This document shows, piece after piece, positions 41,202 to 50,582 of a DNA stretch of 64,000 nucleotides. The stretch is from an uncultured bacterium (GTDB lineage: Bacteria; Patescibacteriota; JABMPQ01; CAVVCK01): NCBI GenBank assembly GCA_963746775.1, contig CAVVCK010000002.1:303592-367591 (forward strand), given 5' to 3'. How positions within the stretch are numbered: position 1 is the first letter of the stretch; every line of letters starts with the position of its first letter. Made by a program: the position numbers and the translations under genes. The notes below the pieces were generated by a model. That model was not told the DNA's origin. It worked only from the letters and a program-made list of their open reading frames with translations, and made no database searches.

Positions 41202-41873
41202 ATGATACTTCCACACTTATTATACCAAATCGGCTACGCTATTTGCCACCAATTACCTGATCGATCTTTTTTTGTTTATGATCATTCTCTTCCTCTCTGC
41301 GCCAGATGCACTGGAATTTATATTGGAATGTTTATTGATTTTTCTCTCTATTTTTTTATAAAATTTTTAAAAAACAAAAAACCTATCCTACCTCCCCCTT
41401 TATGGATAAATATTTTATCTGTATCTTTTACTTTTTTAATGGCTGCACAGGCCATATCCAGTATCTTTATAGATTATTCTTTTGATAAAGAGATAAGATT
41501 TATAACTGGTATATTATTCGGCATTTCCTTACCTTGGTATCTATTAATAACTCTTAATTACTCCCCCAGATTCAAATATGAAAATAAAGAAATTATAAAT
41601 TACAAAGAATATTTAATTTTATTTTTAATAGCCACTTTTTCTACCACAATATTCTTATTTAGAATCCCATTTGTTATGTATCTATCTTCTTATATTTCTA
41701 TAGTTGGACTGCTTATTTTTATTTTTCTAATTAATCTTTCCTTATTAATTTTGATATCTGATATAATTAAATTATTCCAAAAAATATCATTTCTATATCT
41801 TATCATTATTACTACTATACTCTCCGTAATTGAAATAATTACACTCAATTTGTTACATTCTGCAATTTTATAA
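41202..41873 (+). CDS. DUF2085 membrane protein
   Basis: ICHQLPDRSF, PLCARCTGIY, RFITG. Confidence 0.9.
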   Translation: MILPHLLYQIGYAICHQLPDRSFFVYDHSLPLCARCTGIYIGMFIDFSLYFFIKFLKNKKPILPPPLWINILSVSFTFLMAAQAISSIFIDYSFDKEIRFITGILFGISLPWYLLITLNYSPRFKYENKEIINYKEYLILFLIATFSTTIFLFRIPFVMYLSSYISIVGLLIFIFLINLSLLILISDIIKLFQKISFLYLIIITTILSVIEIITLNLLHSAIL

Positions 41874-41933
41874 TCGTATATATGTTCGTATATTTGTAAG
41901 TATATACGTACGTATATACTTATTAAATTTTAT

Positions 41934-41975
41934 AAATATAAAACGAGGCATATTATATTGCCTCGTTTTATATTT
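41934..41975. terminator. bidirectional terminator
   Basis: AAATATAAAACGAGGCA-N8-TGCCTCGTTTTATATTT. Confidence 0.85.
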
Positions 41976-41989
41976 TTATTTTGGTTTGA

Positions 41990-42092
41990 CCACGTATGAA
42001 ATTTCGAATAAATAAATATTAATTTTTTCTTTTCGAATAATTTTATTAATCAGAAAAAATTAAACTTGTCAGCGTTAAAATTTCATACGTGG
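41990..42092. mobile_element. MITE-like element, copy 2
   Basis: 15-bp TIR CCACGTATGAAATTT/AAATTTCATACGTGG flanked by TTGA direct repeat. Confidence 0.72.
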
Positions 42093-42161
42093 TTGACTAT
42101 ATTTTATTTTTGTTTGTCAAAAGTAATTGTATCAGTCTACCGTAATCTGTTTATCTGTATT

Positions 42162-42482
42162 CTAATAGGTTGAATACTCTGCTCCACCACCTAATATTGA
42201 ACTACCCACGCCAAAGACCATCATGATTATCCAGCATAAACAAGCAATTGCAGTCGGTACAATACCTAATATTAAACACATTTTACCAAATTTTTTATTC
42301 TCTTCTCCACCCTTCTTCATGTAAATAATACCCAGGATTATACCTAAAATACTGATGAAAAACGATAATACGTAATAAAGAGATTTTGGCTCTGGAGGCA
42401 TTTCACCACTGTTTGGTGTCTGAGATTGCTGTTTTTCCGGCTGTGGTGTCTCCTTTTGCATTTGTGTGTTTGTTTCTTCCAT
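42162..42482 (-). CDS. small two-TM membrane protein
   Basis: Q/P-rich N-terminus, LSFFISILGIILGIIY, GKMCLILG. Confidence 0.8.
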   Translation of the reverse strand: MEETNTQMQKETPQPEKQQSQTPNSGEMPPEPKSLYYVLSFFISILGIILGIIYMKKGGEENKKFGKMCLILGIVPTAIACLCWIIMMVFGVGSSILGGGAEYSTY

Positions 42483-42571
42483 TTATTTTTATTAAAATTT
42501 ATAAGTTACTTATTATTTGTATTATAGCATATTTTAGCTAATTTTTCTATATTTCTCTGTGGATAAATTAT

Positions 42572-43747
42572 TTATTCAATATCTACCATGTATAGTTTAT
42601 TATCGTATCTGTTTATAAAATAAATTTTTTTATTGTCAGAAAATGGCATTATATTACAAATATCAAATATTGTATCCTTGTTAAATGCAGTAATTTGAGT
42701 GTGTTGTTTTGTATTAAAATCATACTCCCATAAAGTTGTATTAAAATAATTATCTCTATTTTCTTCTACCTTAGCATAAACCAAGCTAGAATTATTAATA
42801 AATTCAACTTTATTTAAATATGTTCCTAAATTTATGACTGTTTCACTAGCTTTTTCTAAATCATAAATTGATATTATTGGATATGGAGTAGAGCTTGATT
42901 TTGATAATAATATTTGTTTACTATTAGGACTAAATTTTCCTCTATCAATATTTTCATTTTGCAATATATTACTTTTTTTATCTAAATTAAATAAAACAAA
43001 GAAATTCTTTACAGTAGCCTCAGGTTCTGCATCATATTCTATGCCAGTATTTTCTTCTTTATAAAAAAATGCTGGCTCTGTTCTAGTATATAATAAATTT
43101 TTACCGTTCGGTGAAATCTCTATTAAAAATCCACTATTTACAAACAAATCTAAGAGTTCCTCTCTATTATCATTATTAACATTATAAGTATTAATATTAT
43201 TTTTATTAGAAACAAAATAAGTTTCAATAATTTTATCTTTTTCTAAAGGATGCCATAGAGCTGTTTTTATATTTTTGTTTAATTCTTTTTTTGTATTTGT
43301 ATTAAGATCATAAATAAAATAACTATCTTGATTATAGTCTTTATATAATAATTTTTCTTGAAAAGGTGACAATTGCACTTCACTTAAAACAGGTAAATCT
43401 TTTATTAATATTTCTACTTTATTGTTATTTTCTTTAATATTTAAACGACCATAAATATTTTCTTGCTTTGAATAAAAATATATATAATCACCTATTAATT
43501 GTGCTTCATCTATATCCAAATCAATTATTTGATTATTTTCACCTACATTACTTTTATTTTCATCAATATTAATAGTTTCAGAATTACTTTCGTCTTCTAG
43601 GTTTAATTTGTTAATCTCATAATATTTTTTTTCTTCAATAACATCTGGTTTTTTATTAACAACTAATAAAACATAAATAATTATTATAATTATGATTATA
43701 ATAATCATTAATGTAACATATAATAATATTTTGTATTTTTTACTCAT
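42572..43747 (-). CDS. membrane-anchored TolB-like beta-propeller protein
   Basis: N-terminal TM; LSPFQEK, WHP, ISPNGKN, FSPNSKQ blade motifs. Confidence 0.7.
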   Translation of the reverse strand: MSKKYKILLYVTLMIIIIIIIIIIYVLLVVNKKPDVIEEKKYYEINKLNLEDESNSETINIDENKSNVGENNQIIDLDIDEAQLIGDYIYFYSKQENIYGRLNIKENNNKVEILIKDLPVLSEVQLSPFQEKLLYKDYNQDSYFIYDLNTNTKKELNKNIKTALWHPLEKDKIIETYFVSNKNNINTYNVNNDNREELLDLFVNSGFLIEISPNGKNLLYTRTEPAFFYKEENTGIEYDAEPEATVKNFFVLFNLDKKSNILQNENIDRGKFSPNSKQILLSKSSSTPYPIISIYDLEKASETVINLGTYLNKVEFINNSSLVYAKVEENRDNYFNTTLWEYDFNTKQHTQITAFNKDTIFDICNIMPFSDNKKIYFINRYDNKLYMVDIE

Positions 43748-43796
43748 AAACTTGTTTCAATTTTAACGTAACCCACTTATGGTTTTTTATTAATAA

Positions 43797-45206
43797 TCAA
43801 TCTAACATTCTGTGTACATAAATAGGGCAATTTCTATTACTATACCAGCTACTTGTTAAATGGCTTTGTAAGCTTGCAGTAATATGGACAGAACTAGATC
43901 TATGTCCATTAGTTGTAATAGCGCCGCCGCCGCCGCCCATCTCAATAACTTCTGCTCCTGAAACACCGGTATAATTAATTGCATGTCCACAATCTCCTCC
44001 AATCCAGATGAAACTACCAGGAGTCATTTCTGCAGTACCATTCTGTAAAGCACTGGCAAATTCTCTAGCGTTATTAAAATAATATGTAGAAGAACTTCTA
44101 TTAGCACTTATCGCTATAACATTACTGGTTACTCCTGCACATTGATATAGTGTACGTGTAAAAGTCAAACAATCTCCACAATAAGTACCACCTAAGCTTT
44201 GTGCCCAAGTTCTATAGTTGCTCATAGCTTGATTCATATCACCACTGACTGGATCAACCCACTGGCTTCTGTAACCTGCACTGGATTGTAATTTTCTACT
44301 TAAATAGGTATCTGAACTACTTGCATTACAAGTTCCTCCGTGCATAGTTCCTCCTCCTACATAAACAGCTCTTCCTGGGAGTATACTTCGCCAACCATTT
44401 ATAATATTATTATAATTTTCTAATTGATTTCCCGAATTACTGTCAGAAGAACAAAAACTCATCATTTGCCTATATAAATCCGAACTATTAGATATACAAC
44501 ACCACTGATTAGTTTGATTATTAGATACATCTGTACCAGTACTAGTATCCGTACTAGTATCCGTACTAGTGTCAGTAGTAGGACTAGTGACATTTACTTG
44601 TTGTTCAATACAACTTCCTCCGCATCTACTATTATTTGTTCCGCCATGAGCCGCACATTCACTTTGCTCGTCAAATAAATCATCTTCATGCAGCCCAGCA
44701 CAAGGGCTAGAAGACACTCCTGAACCACCACCTGAACCACTATCTGAACTACTATCTGAACAAGTACCGTAATTACAAAACTGACCACTCGAACAGTCGC
44801 TATCACTATGGCACCTCACCACATCTGGCAAAGTTACTTCCGGTATATCAAGCTGACATTGCAAAAGAGAAGGCGATATAACTTGAAAAATTAAATAAGA
44901 AAATAAGGCTAAAAAAAATCCAGCCATAGCTCCAGTCATCATCTTCTTAGCATTCCCTAATCTCTCCTCTTGTCCCAGTGATACCATATAATAAAATCCA
45001 CCTAAAACCAACATAATTAGAGTCAAAATGCCAGCAGCCGACATAGAAAAATCAAAAACATCTTTCCAGTATGCACAAGGAGTACTAGTATCAAAACCTA
45101 AAACGCTAGCTCTAACAAAGCCAACCATACTAAATATTGATATAAATACAAATAAAAAAATAAATAATATTCTTTTCGATTTCATTTTAAAAGTATTAAA
45201 TAACAT
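43797..45206 (-). CDS. VirB2/TrbC-like pilin fused to Cys-rich linker and NlpC/P60-like domain
   Basis: LVLGGFYYMVSLGQEERLGNAKKMM..AG...SYLI..ISP pilin motif; DCLTF..LY..AG, GHAINYTG..VIE. Confidence 0.75.
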   Translation of the reverse strand: MLFNTFKMKSKRILFIFLFVFISIFSMVGFVRASVLGFDTSTPCAYWKDVFDFSMSAAGILTLIMLVLGGFYYMVSLGQEERLGNAKKMMTGAMAGFFLALFSYLIFQVISPSLLQCQLDIPEVTLPDVVRCHSDSDCSSGQFCNYGTCSDSSSDSGSGGGSGVSSSPCAGLHEDDLFDEQSECAAHGGTNNSRCGGSCIEQQVNVTSPTTDTSTDTSTDTSTGTDVSNNQTNQWCCISNSSDLYRQMMSFCSSDSNSGNQLENYNNIINGWRSILPGRAVYVGGGTMHGGTCNASSSDTYLSRKLQSSAGYRSQWVDPVSGDMNQAMSNYRTWAQSLGGTYCGDCLTFTRTLYQCAGVTSNVIAISANRSSSTYYFNNAREFASALQNGTAEMTPGSFIWIGGDCGHAINYTGVSGAEVIEMGGGGGAITTNGHRSSSVHITASLQSHLTSSWYSNRNCPIYVHRMLD

Positions 45207-45278
45207 ATATCAGATAGCAGGCACCAAGTGTCTAATATTTAATATTCATTATTTTAATATTATACCAAAATCCATAAC

Positions 45279-45313
45279 AAACAAAAAGGGTAATTTAATT
45301 ACCCTTTTTGTTT
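45279..45313 (-). terminator. terminator between the two pilin-fusion genes
   Basis: AAACAAAAAGGGTAATT-t-AATTACCCTTTTTGTTT. Confidence 0.85.
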
Positions 45314-45426
45314 CAATATTAAACTATCTTATTTGCTATTAAACATCATAATAGCACTCTAATTCATTTTCCCATATTCTATGTGTTTTTTTAAATTTTA
45401 TTAAAATTATTATAAAATTTAATTAT

Positions 45427-46455
45427 TTATTCCCATCCTTCATCTGTACAATGTCCACCTGTACATGTTCCTGAAAAACACTGCCTATTCCTTTCACATA
45501 AACCATTCACAAGACTTTCTTGACAACGCCATCCAGCCCGAGCACCTGACATATTACAAAAATATGAGTTAAAACAATCATTATCACTATCACAACTACT
45601 ATTAGTACCATTTACACATGTTCTTGGGCTACGATTACTACAAATTTCTGACTGACAATCCTGATTACTAGTACAAGGATTCCCATTAGCTATAGCTCCT
45701 CCACCAGCAGCAGGTTGACATGTTCCCGCTACATCACAATTTCTACTCGTACAGTCTGTATTATTTCCACAAGGAGATCCATTATTATGATCTGTGCATC
45801 GGTGCTGGCTGCCTACGGCCACACAAGCTAATCCTGTATTACACCTAGTATTATCAATACAACCTCTCCCATTTTGACCTAACTGGGTATCTGTACATAT
45901 AGGCTGTCCCCCACCAGTAGGATTAATACATATTGAACCTGCCCCATTCCTATCTTCACAAACCGTTCTATCATGATCAGCAGCATCAGGATCACATGAA
46001 GTTGAGCTTCTGGGATTATCTCTATCAGCACAAGCACCAAAATTACAAATCTGGCCATTTGAACAATCACTATCACTACGACACACTCCTGTATTTAACG
46101 AATCTGTCTCTGGTATTGATAATCTTAATTCTACTAGCCTTGGATCAAGTTGTTTTAATATCATATGTGAAAAAAGCATAATAACCAAACCAGATAGAGC
46201 AGCAAAAATAGCTTGCTTACCTGAAGTTACTGCTTCCTCATTGCCAGCTGAAGTTAAATATCTAAAACCTCCATATACAAGACCACCTAGAGCTAAAAGA
46301 GCCCCTAGACTTATTCCATATCGATAAATAGAATTTATCCAAGCCTGAGGGGAAGAAGTATCAAAACCAAAAAAGCTGGGGATATCAGCTAGAGCAAAAC
46401 TAGGAAATGTTATTAAAATTGTGAAGATAATTAGAAATGTTTTTTTGAAAAACAT
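45427..46455 (-). CDS. VirB2/TrbC-like pilin fused to seven 4-Cys modules
   Basis: LVYGGFRYLTSAGNEEAVTSGKQAIFAALSGL..SHMIL..LDP; 28 Cys in C-terminal region. Confidence 0.82.
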   Translation of the reverse strand: MFFKKTFLIIFTILITFPSFALADIPSFFGFDTSSPQAWINSIYRYGISLGALLALGGLVYGGFRYLTSAGNEEAVTSGKQAIFAALSGLVIMLFSHMILKQLDPRLVELRLSIPETDSLNTGVCRSDSDCSNGQICNFGACADRDNPRSSTSCDPDAADHDRTVCEDRNGAGSICINPTGGGQPICTDTQLGQNGRGCIDNTRCNTGLACVAVGSQHRCTDHNNGSPCGNNTDCTSRNCDVAGTCQPAAGGGAIANGNPCTSNQDCQSEICSNRSPRTCVNGTNSSCDSDNDCFNSYFCNMSGARAGWRCQESLVNGLCERNRQCFSGTCTGGHCTDEGWE

Positions 46456-46516
46456 ATTTTTTTAAGATACAAGGACACAAGAAACAAATTACAAACAATA
46501 TTTCAATAACTCAATC

Positions 46517-47767
46517 CTATGGCATAATCAATCCATAGAATTTTCCATCGTGTTTTCTAGTAAAATACATACTCTTCTGATCTCCAGAAATTAAAGGCTG
46601 ATAGACATCATAATCTTTATTAAATTGAGAAAAATCAGCTAATTTTTCCTGTTCACCACTATCTACGTTTATTTTGTAAAATGAATCTTTGGAAACAAAT
46701 TTAGTATTATAATAATCATCTGGCTGAACAAAAAAGTTGCTATAATTTTCAGGCACTCCGCAAAAAACACTAACACTATCTTGGGCCCAAGCACATTTTT
46801 CTACTAAAGTAGCAATTTGTAATTTTTTTGGCTCTATTTTTTTATTTACTTCTGCCTCCCAAAGTACAGGAAATCTAGCATTTTTAGTCTCATTATCATT
46901 ATATATTACTTTTTTTCCATCTGGAGAAAATAAAGGATTAAGTCCCCATCTCTTAGATAAAAAAGTATAATGATCTATTCCTTCTCCTACATTGTATATT
47001 TCTAGTTGTCCTTCTTTGAAGGCTGTTGCAGTATTATAAACAGCTAAATCATTATTAGAAAACCATTTAGTCTCAATTTCTTCTTGGTCTATCTCTTTAA
47101 TTTTCCTCCAAGAAGATAAATCTGGTTTAGCTACTGATAGATTATACTCATCATTAGCCAAATCATGAAATACATAAGCAATATTTTCACCATTATATGA
47201 CATGGTAACATCTTGATATCTATCTTCATATTTAATATCCTCTTGCATATTTAAATTAAAGAAGTGATAATTTTTTGTCATTCCTTTATCTTGAGAAAAT
47301 GTTAAAACAATCTTTTCTCGATCAGGCGACCAGCTCACATTATATAAATTTTCAAATTTAGCATTTGTTAAAACCTGTTCCCCAGTTCCATCAATGTTTG
47401 CTTGGTAAAATTCTTTACCATTAGGATCAAAATATATAAACTTACTTTTATCAGCTGAAAAAACAACAAATTTTACTTCTTTGTCAATAATCTTTTTAAT
47501 TTGCAAAGCTTTAACTTCTTCTGTTGACTGATTATTGTTTAATTTATTAGCCTCTTCCTGCCTTAATTGCTCTTCTTTTTGTGCTAAGGTTAATCCATTC
47601 TTTCTTTCTTCATCTGTTAACTGTAAATTAGACCGCTGATCTTCTGGCAGAATAACTTCTTCTGGTTTTTGCTCTTTATTAGAAGTTGAAGTTAAATAGT
47701 AAAAAACACCTAATCCTATTAATATGATAATTAATATAGCAGCTAATATTATGTACTTTTTTTTCAT
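46517..47767 (-). CDS. membrane-anchored TolB-like beta-propeller protein
   Basis: N-terminal TM; WSPD, FSPDGKK, EKCAWA, VFCGVP, PDDYY..DSFYKI. Confidence 0.8.
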   Translation of the reverse strand: MKKKYIILAAILIIILIGLGVFYYLTSTSNKEQKPEEVILPEDQRSNLQLTDEERKNGLTLAQKEEQLRQEEANKLNNNQSTEEVKALQIKKIIDKEVKFVVFSADKSKFIYFDPNGKEFYQANIDGTGEQVLTNAKFENLYNVSWSPDREKIVLTFSQDKGMTKNYHFFNLNMQEDIKYEDRYQDVTMSYNGENIAYVFHDLANDEYNLSVAKPDLSSWRKIKEIDQEEIETKWFSNNDLAVYNTATAFKEGQLEIYNVGEGIDHYTFLSKRWGLNPLFSPDGKKVIYNDNETKNARFPVLWEAEVNKKIEPKKLQIATLVEKCAWAQDSVSVFCGVPENYSNFFVQPDDYYNTKFVSKDSFYKINVDSGEQEKLADFSQFNKDYDVYQPLISGDQKSMYFTRKHDGKFYGLIMP

Positions 47768-47833
47768 GATTTATAGATTAAAATGCTAAAGATTAGATAT
47801 TAGTAATTTTCTTAATTTCTATTATTTTCCTTA

Positions 47834-50527
47834 TTATTTTCTCCCTGAAGCTTTATACATAAATCCTATTATAAACAATGTAACTAACCCCGTTAAACCA
47901 AATACAAAAAATAAGTTAAACACATTTTTATAATATTGCGGAATGAATTTACTTAGAGCTCCAGCCACACCTAAATTCTCTCGATCTACTTCTGGATTAG
48001 ATAAATTGATTTCCCTTGTCTTTGAAGCTGTTTCTGTAAGAGGATTGCCATTGTTTTCCACATAATTAATTTTACTCTCTACTTCTAAAGTAATGATTTC
48101 TTTATTAAGCCCATTCGGTTGCCCATTTATATCTACACCAGGTTTAAATGTATAAGAAGATTCTGTTGTATTCCAATCTCCTCTCCTAGTATCAACTGCC
48201 TCTCCATTCCTTTTCCATGTATAAGTAAATTCTCTAGATGGTCTCCAATAATTAAGACTGGCATGAATAGTTACATTGCTATCTCCGGCATAATAAGTTG
48301 ATTGGTTACTATCCTCGGGAGAGGTTCCTATTTCAACTCCCTCGGGATCATCGAACTCAATACTAGGAGGTTTAATTTCAAAATTCCTATCATTTCGTGC
48401 AATAATATCTTTTTTATCATCTAAAACTTCCAAAGTCACAGCCTCACTGCTAGTATTAGCCAGACTATTAGCTTCTTCCCCTGTGGGTTCCCCAATACTA
48501 CGTGGATCATCTCTCAGAATAAAATAAGCTGTCTCGAAATTAGGACCCTTACCACTTTGCAATTGTTGTTCTTTTCCTTTAAAATTCCACTTAAAATTAA
48601 AGTTCTGTACTGCTAACTCAAAGGGGTCATCACAATTTTCAATACCATATTTAGTTTCACACTCCTTTTTAACTTTTTCATCTTCAACCTTATATTTATT
48701 TTTACATTCATCCCCAAATCCATCTTTAATCTTATTAACTGTAGCCTTTACTAAATCTCCAGTACGAAAACCTTGATCTTCTGTTATCTTACCCTTAAAA
48801 GCATCCTGATCCAAAATATAACTCTTTTTCAAAATATAATTTTCACTATTCGGATCATCAAAATTTATATCATTAAAATCTATTCCTTTCCGCTCATTAA
48901 ATTTTTTTACTTCCTCATTTTTTAAATCAACATTACCAATAACATCCATATCTAAACTAGAATCAAACCCGATAGGAATTTCAAATTCTTGAAAATTCAA
49001 TCGATTGGTGTTTTTTTCTAATATTTCCAGCCCTATCGTATCTCTATCACAAGCTTGTTTTTCAGTATTATATTGATAAATTTTCTTACCGTAACCTTCC
49101 TCTACTACATCTTCATCTTTATGCCCATTTAAAAACCATTTAAATTCCAAATCAAGCCCGGCATTTTCTTCTAATTTTGAGGTTTCAGCAATAACTGTAA
49201 TTGGTATTGGATCACCCGGTATAGGAGGCGCTGGATTATAACTCCAACCTACTTTAAGTGCAAGCCCTAAGCCAACTTCAATTTCATTTTCTCCTTTTGG
49301 AGTCGCCTCAAATCCACAGCTTGTATCTTCTGGAGCAGGATAAGTAAATAAGGTATATTTATCTCCTGAATTCTCGTTTCTATATTTATCATTTACTCCA
49401 AAAACTCTCAGCATTACGTTGTATTTTTCTCCATATTCTTTTTTAACTATAAGATGAACATTATCTTGTTTTATCCCAATATAATCTAGACCATCTTCAA
49501 CTCCATCATTGTCTGTATCCGAAGTTGTAGGATTTGTACCTTCTATATATTCTCTTAATATATCAAAGGATTTTTGACCTGGATTTACTTCTTGACCAAC
49601 AGAACTTCTTAAATATGGTACACCAAGCATCCAGGGTGCACTATAATTATTACCTTCATCTTTAAAAAAATACTCCCAAGCATCTCCGTCCGGATCATTG
49701 ACAAATACACTCGGATCATCTGGTGAAACAATTTTATCTGGTTGCACTAATGGCAATAAGGCTTCATCATTATCGGGCATATAAAAAAATCCTTTCTCCG
49801 TACTGCCATCTTCATTTTCTGTTGTGTAATTAATTAGCTTGCCTTTAAAATATCTTATTTCCCAATTATCATCCAAACCATCTCCATCAGTATCATTACC
49901 TATTGTAGGCTGCCTGGTTACATAAAATTCAGGCGGAGCAGAATTCTTAACATAATTTTCATAAGATATATTTCCTATCCTTCTAAATGGTAATGTTTCA
50001 TTATCACCTTCTTGAAATATTGTAATTCTGTCTCCAAGTATAATATGTCCAGTACCAATATATTTAACTAAATTTTCTGCATTACAATATAATTTGTTAT
50101 CATTTCTTAGACAGTATGCTTCATCATCACCAATTTTATACATTTTTTGCGAAGTAAAACCTCCTGCTAACGCTGCTCCAGGATTACAAATTTTATCAAG
50201 ATTATCTTTTCCAATATCCCCATATTCACTTTGCAGATAATAACCATCCACCTCATTGCCAGCAATTTTATCTGAAGAACCTGCATTTAATGTATTTAAA
50301 GGAACTTTATCAATACACCACATATAATTCATTCTATCCTGATCTTCTCCGTCAGCACTATAACCTTCTGATTGCGCCTGAAGAGTAATATTAGCTCCTG
50401 GCTGTATTATACCTGGAATTACACCAAGATTTACTCGAGGACAATCCGCAGCCAAAACATTCATGGAAAAAAGCAACATAAATAACATTGTGCCTATTCC
50501 TATACTTATTTTATTTATTTTATGCAT
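47834..50527 (-). CDS. large surface protein with Ig/PKD-like and TSP3-like modules, C-terminal TM
   Basis: Signal peptide; DTDGDGLDDNWE; recurring FKW/YTW.NG motifs. Confidence 0.75.
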   Translation of the reverse strand: MHKINKISIGIGTMLFMLLFSMNVLAADCPRVNLGVIPGIIQPGANITLQAQSEGYSADGEDQDRMNYMWCIDKVPLNTLNAGSSDKIAGNEVDGYYLQSEYGDIGKDNLDKICNPGAALAGGFTSQKMYKIGDDEAYCLRNDNKLYCNAENLVKYIGTGHIILGDRITIFQEGDNETLPFRRIGNISYENYVKNSAPPEFYVTRQPTIGNDTDGDGLDDNWEIRYFKGKLINYTTENEDGSTEKGFFYMPDNDEALLPLVQPDKIVSPDDPSVFVNDPDGDAWEYFFKDEGNNYSAPWMLGVPYLRSSVGQEVNPGQKSFDILREYIEGTNPTTSDTDNDGVEDGLDYIGIKQDNVHLIVKKEYGEKYNVMLRVFGVNDKYRNENSGDKYTLFTYPAPEDTSCGFEATPKGENEIEVGLGLALKVGWSYNPAPPIPGDPIPITVIAETSKLEENAGLDLEFKWFLNGHKDEDVVEEGYGKKIYQYNTEKQACDRDTIGLEILEKNTNRLNFQEFEIPIGFDSSLDMDVIGNVDLKNEEVKKFNERKGIDFNDINFDDPNSENYILKKSYILDQDAFKGKITEDQGFRTGDLVKATVNKIKDGFGDECKNKYKVEDEKVKKECETKYGIENCDDPFELAVQNFNFKWNFKGKEQQLQSGKGPNFETAYFILRDDPRSIGEPTGEEANSLANTSSEAVTLEVLDDKKDIIARNDRNFEIKPPSIEFDDPEGVEIGTSPEDSNQSTYYAGDSNVTIHASLNYWRPSREFTYTWKRNGEAVDTRRGDWNTTESSYTFKPGVDINGQPNGLNKEIITLEVESKINYVENNGNPLTETASKTREINLSNPEVDRENLGVAGALSKFIPQYYKNVFNLFFVFGLTGLVTLFIIGFMYKASGRK

Positions 50528-50582
50528 AATTTAGGATAAATTATTAATATGAATTTAGTGGTTATTTTTTAATTTCTGATTA

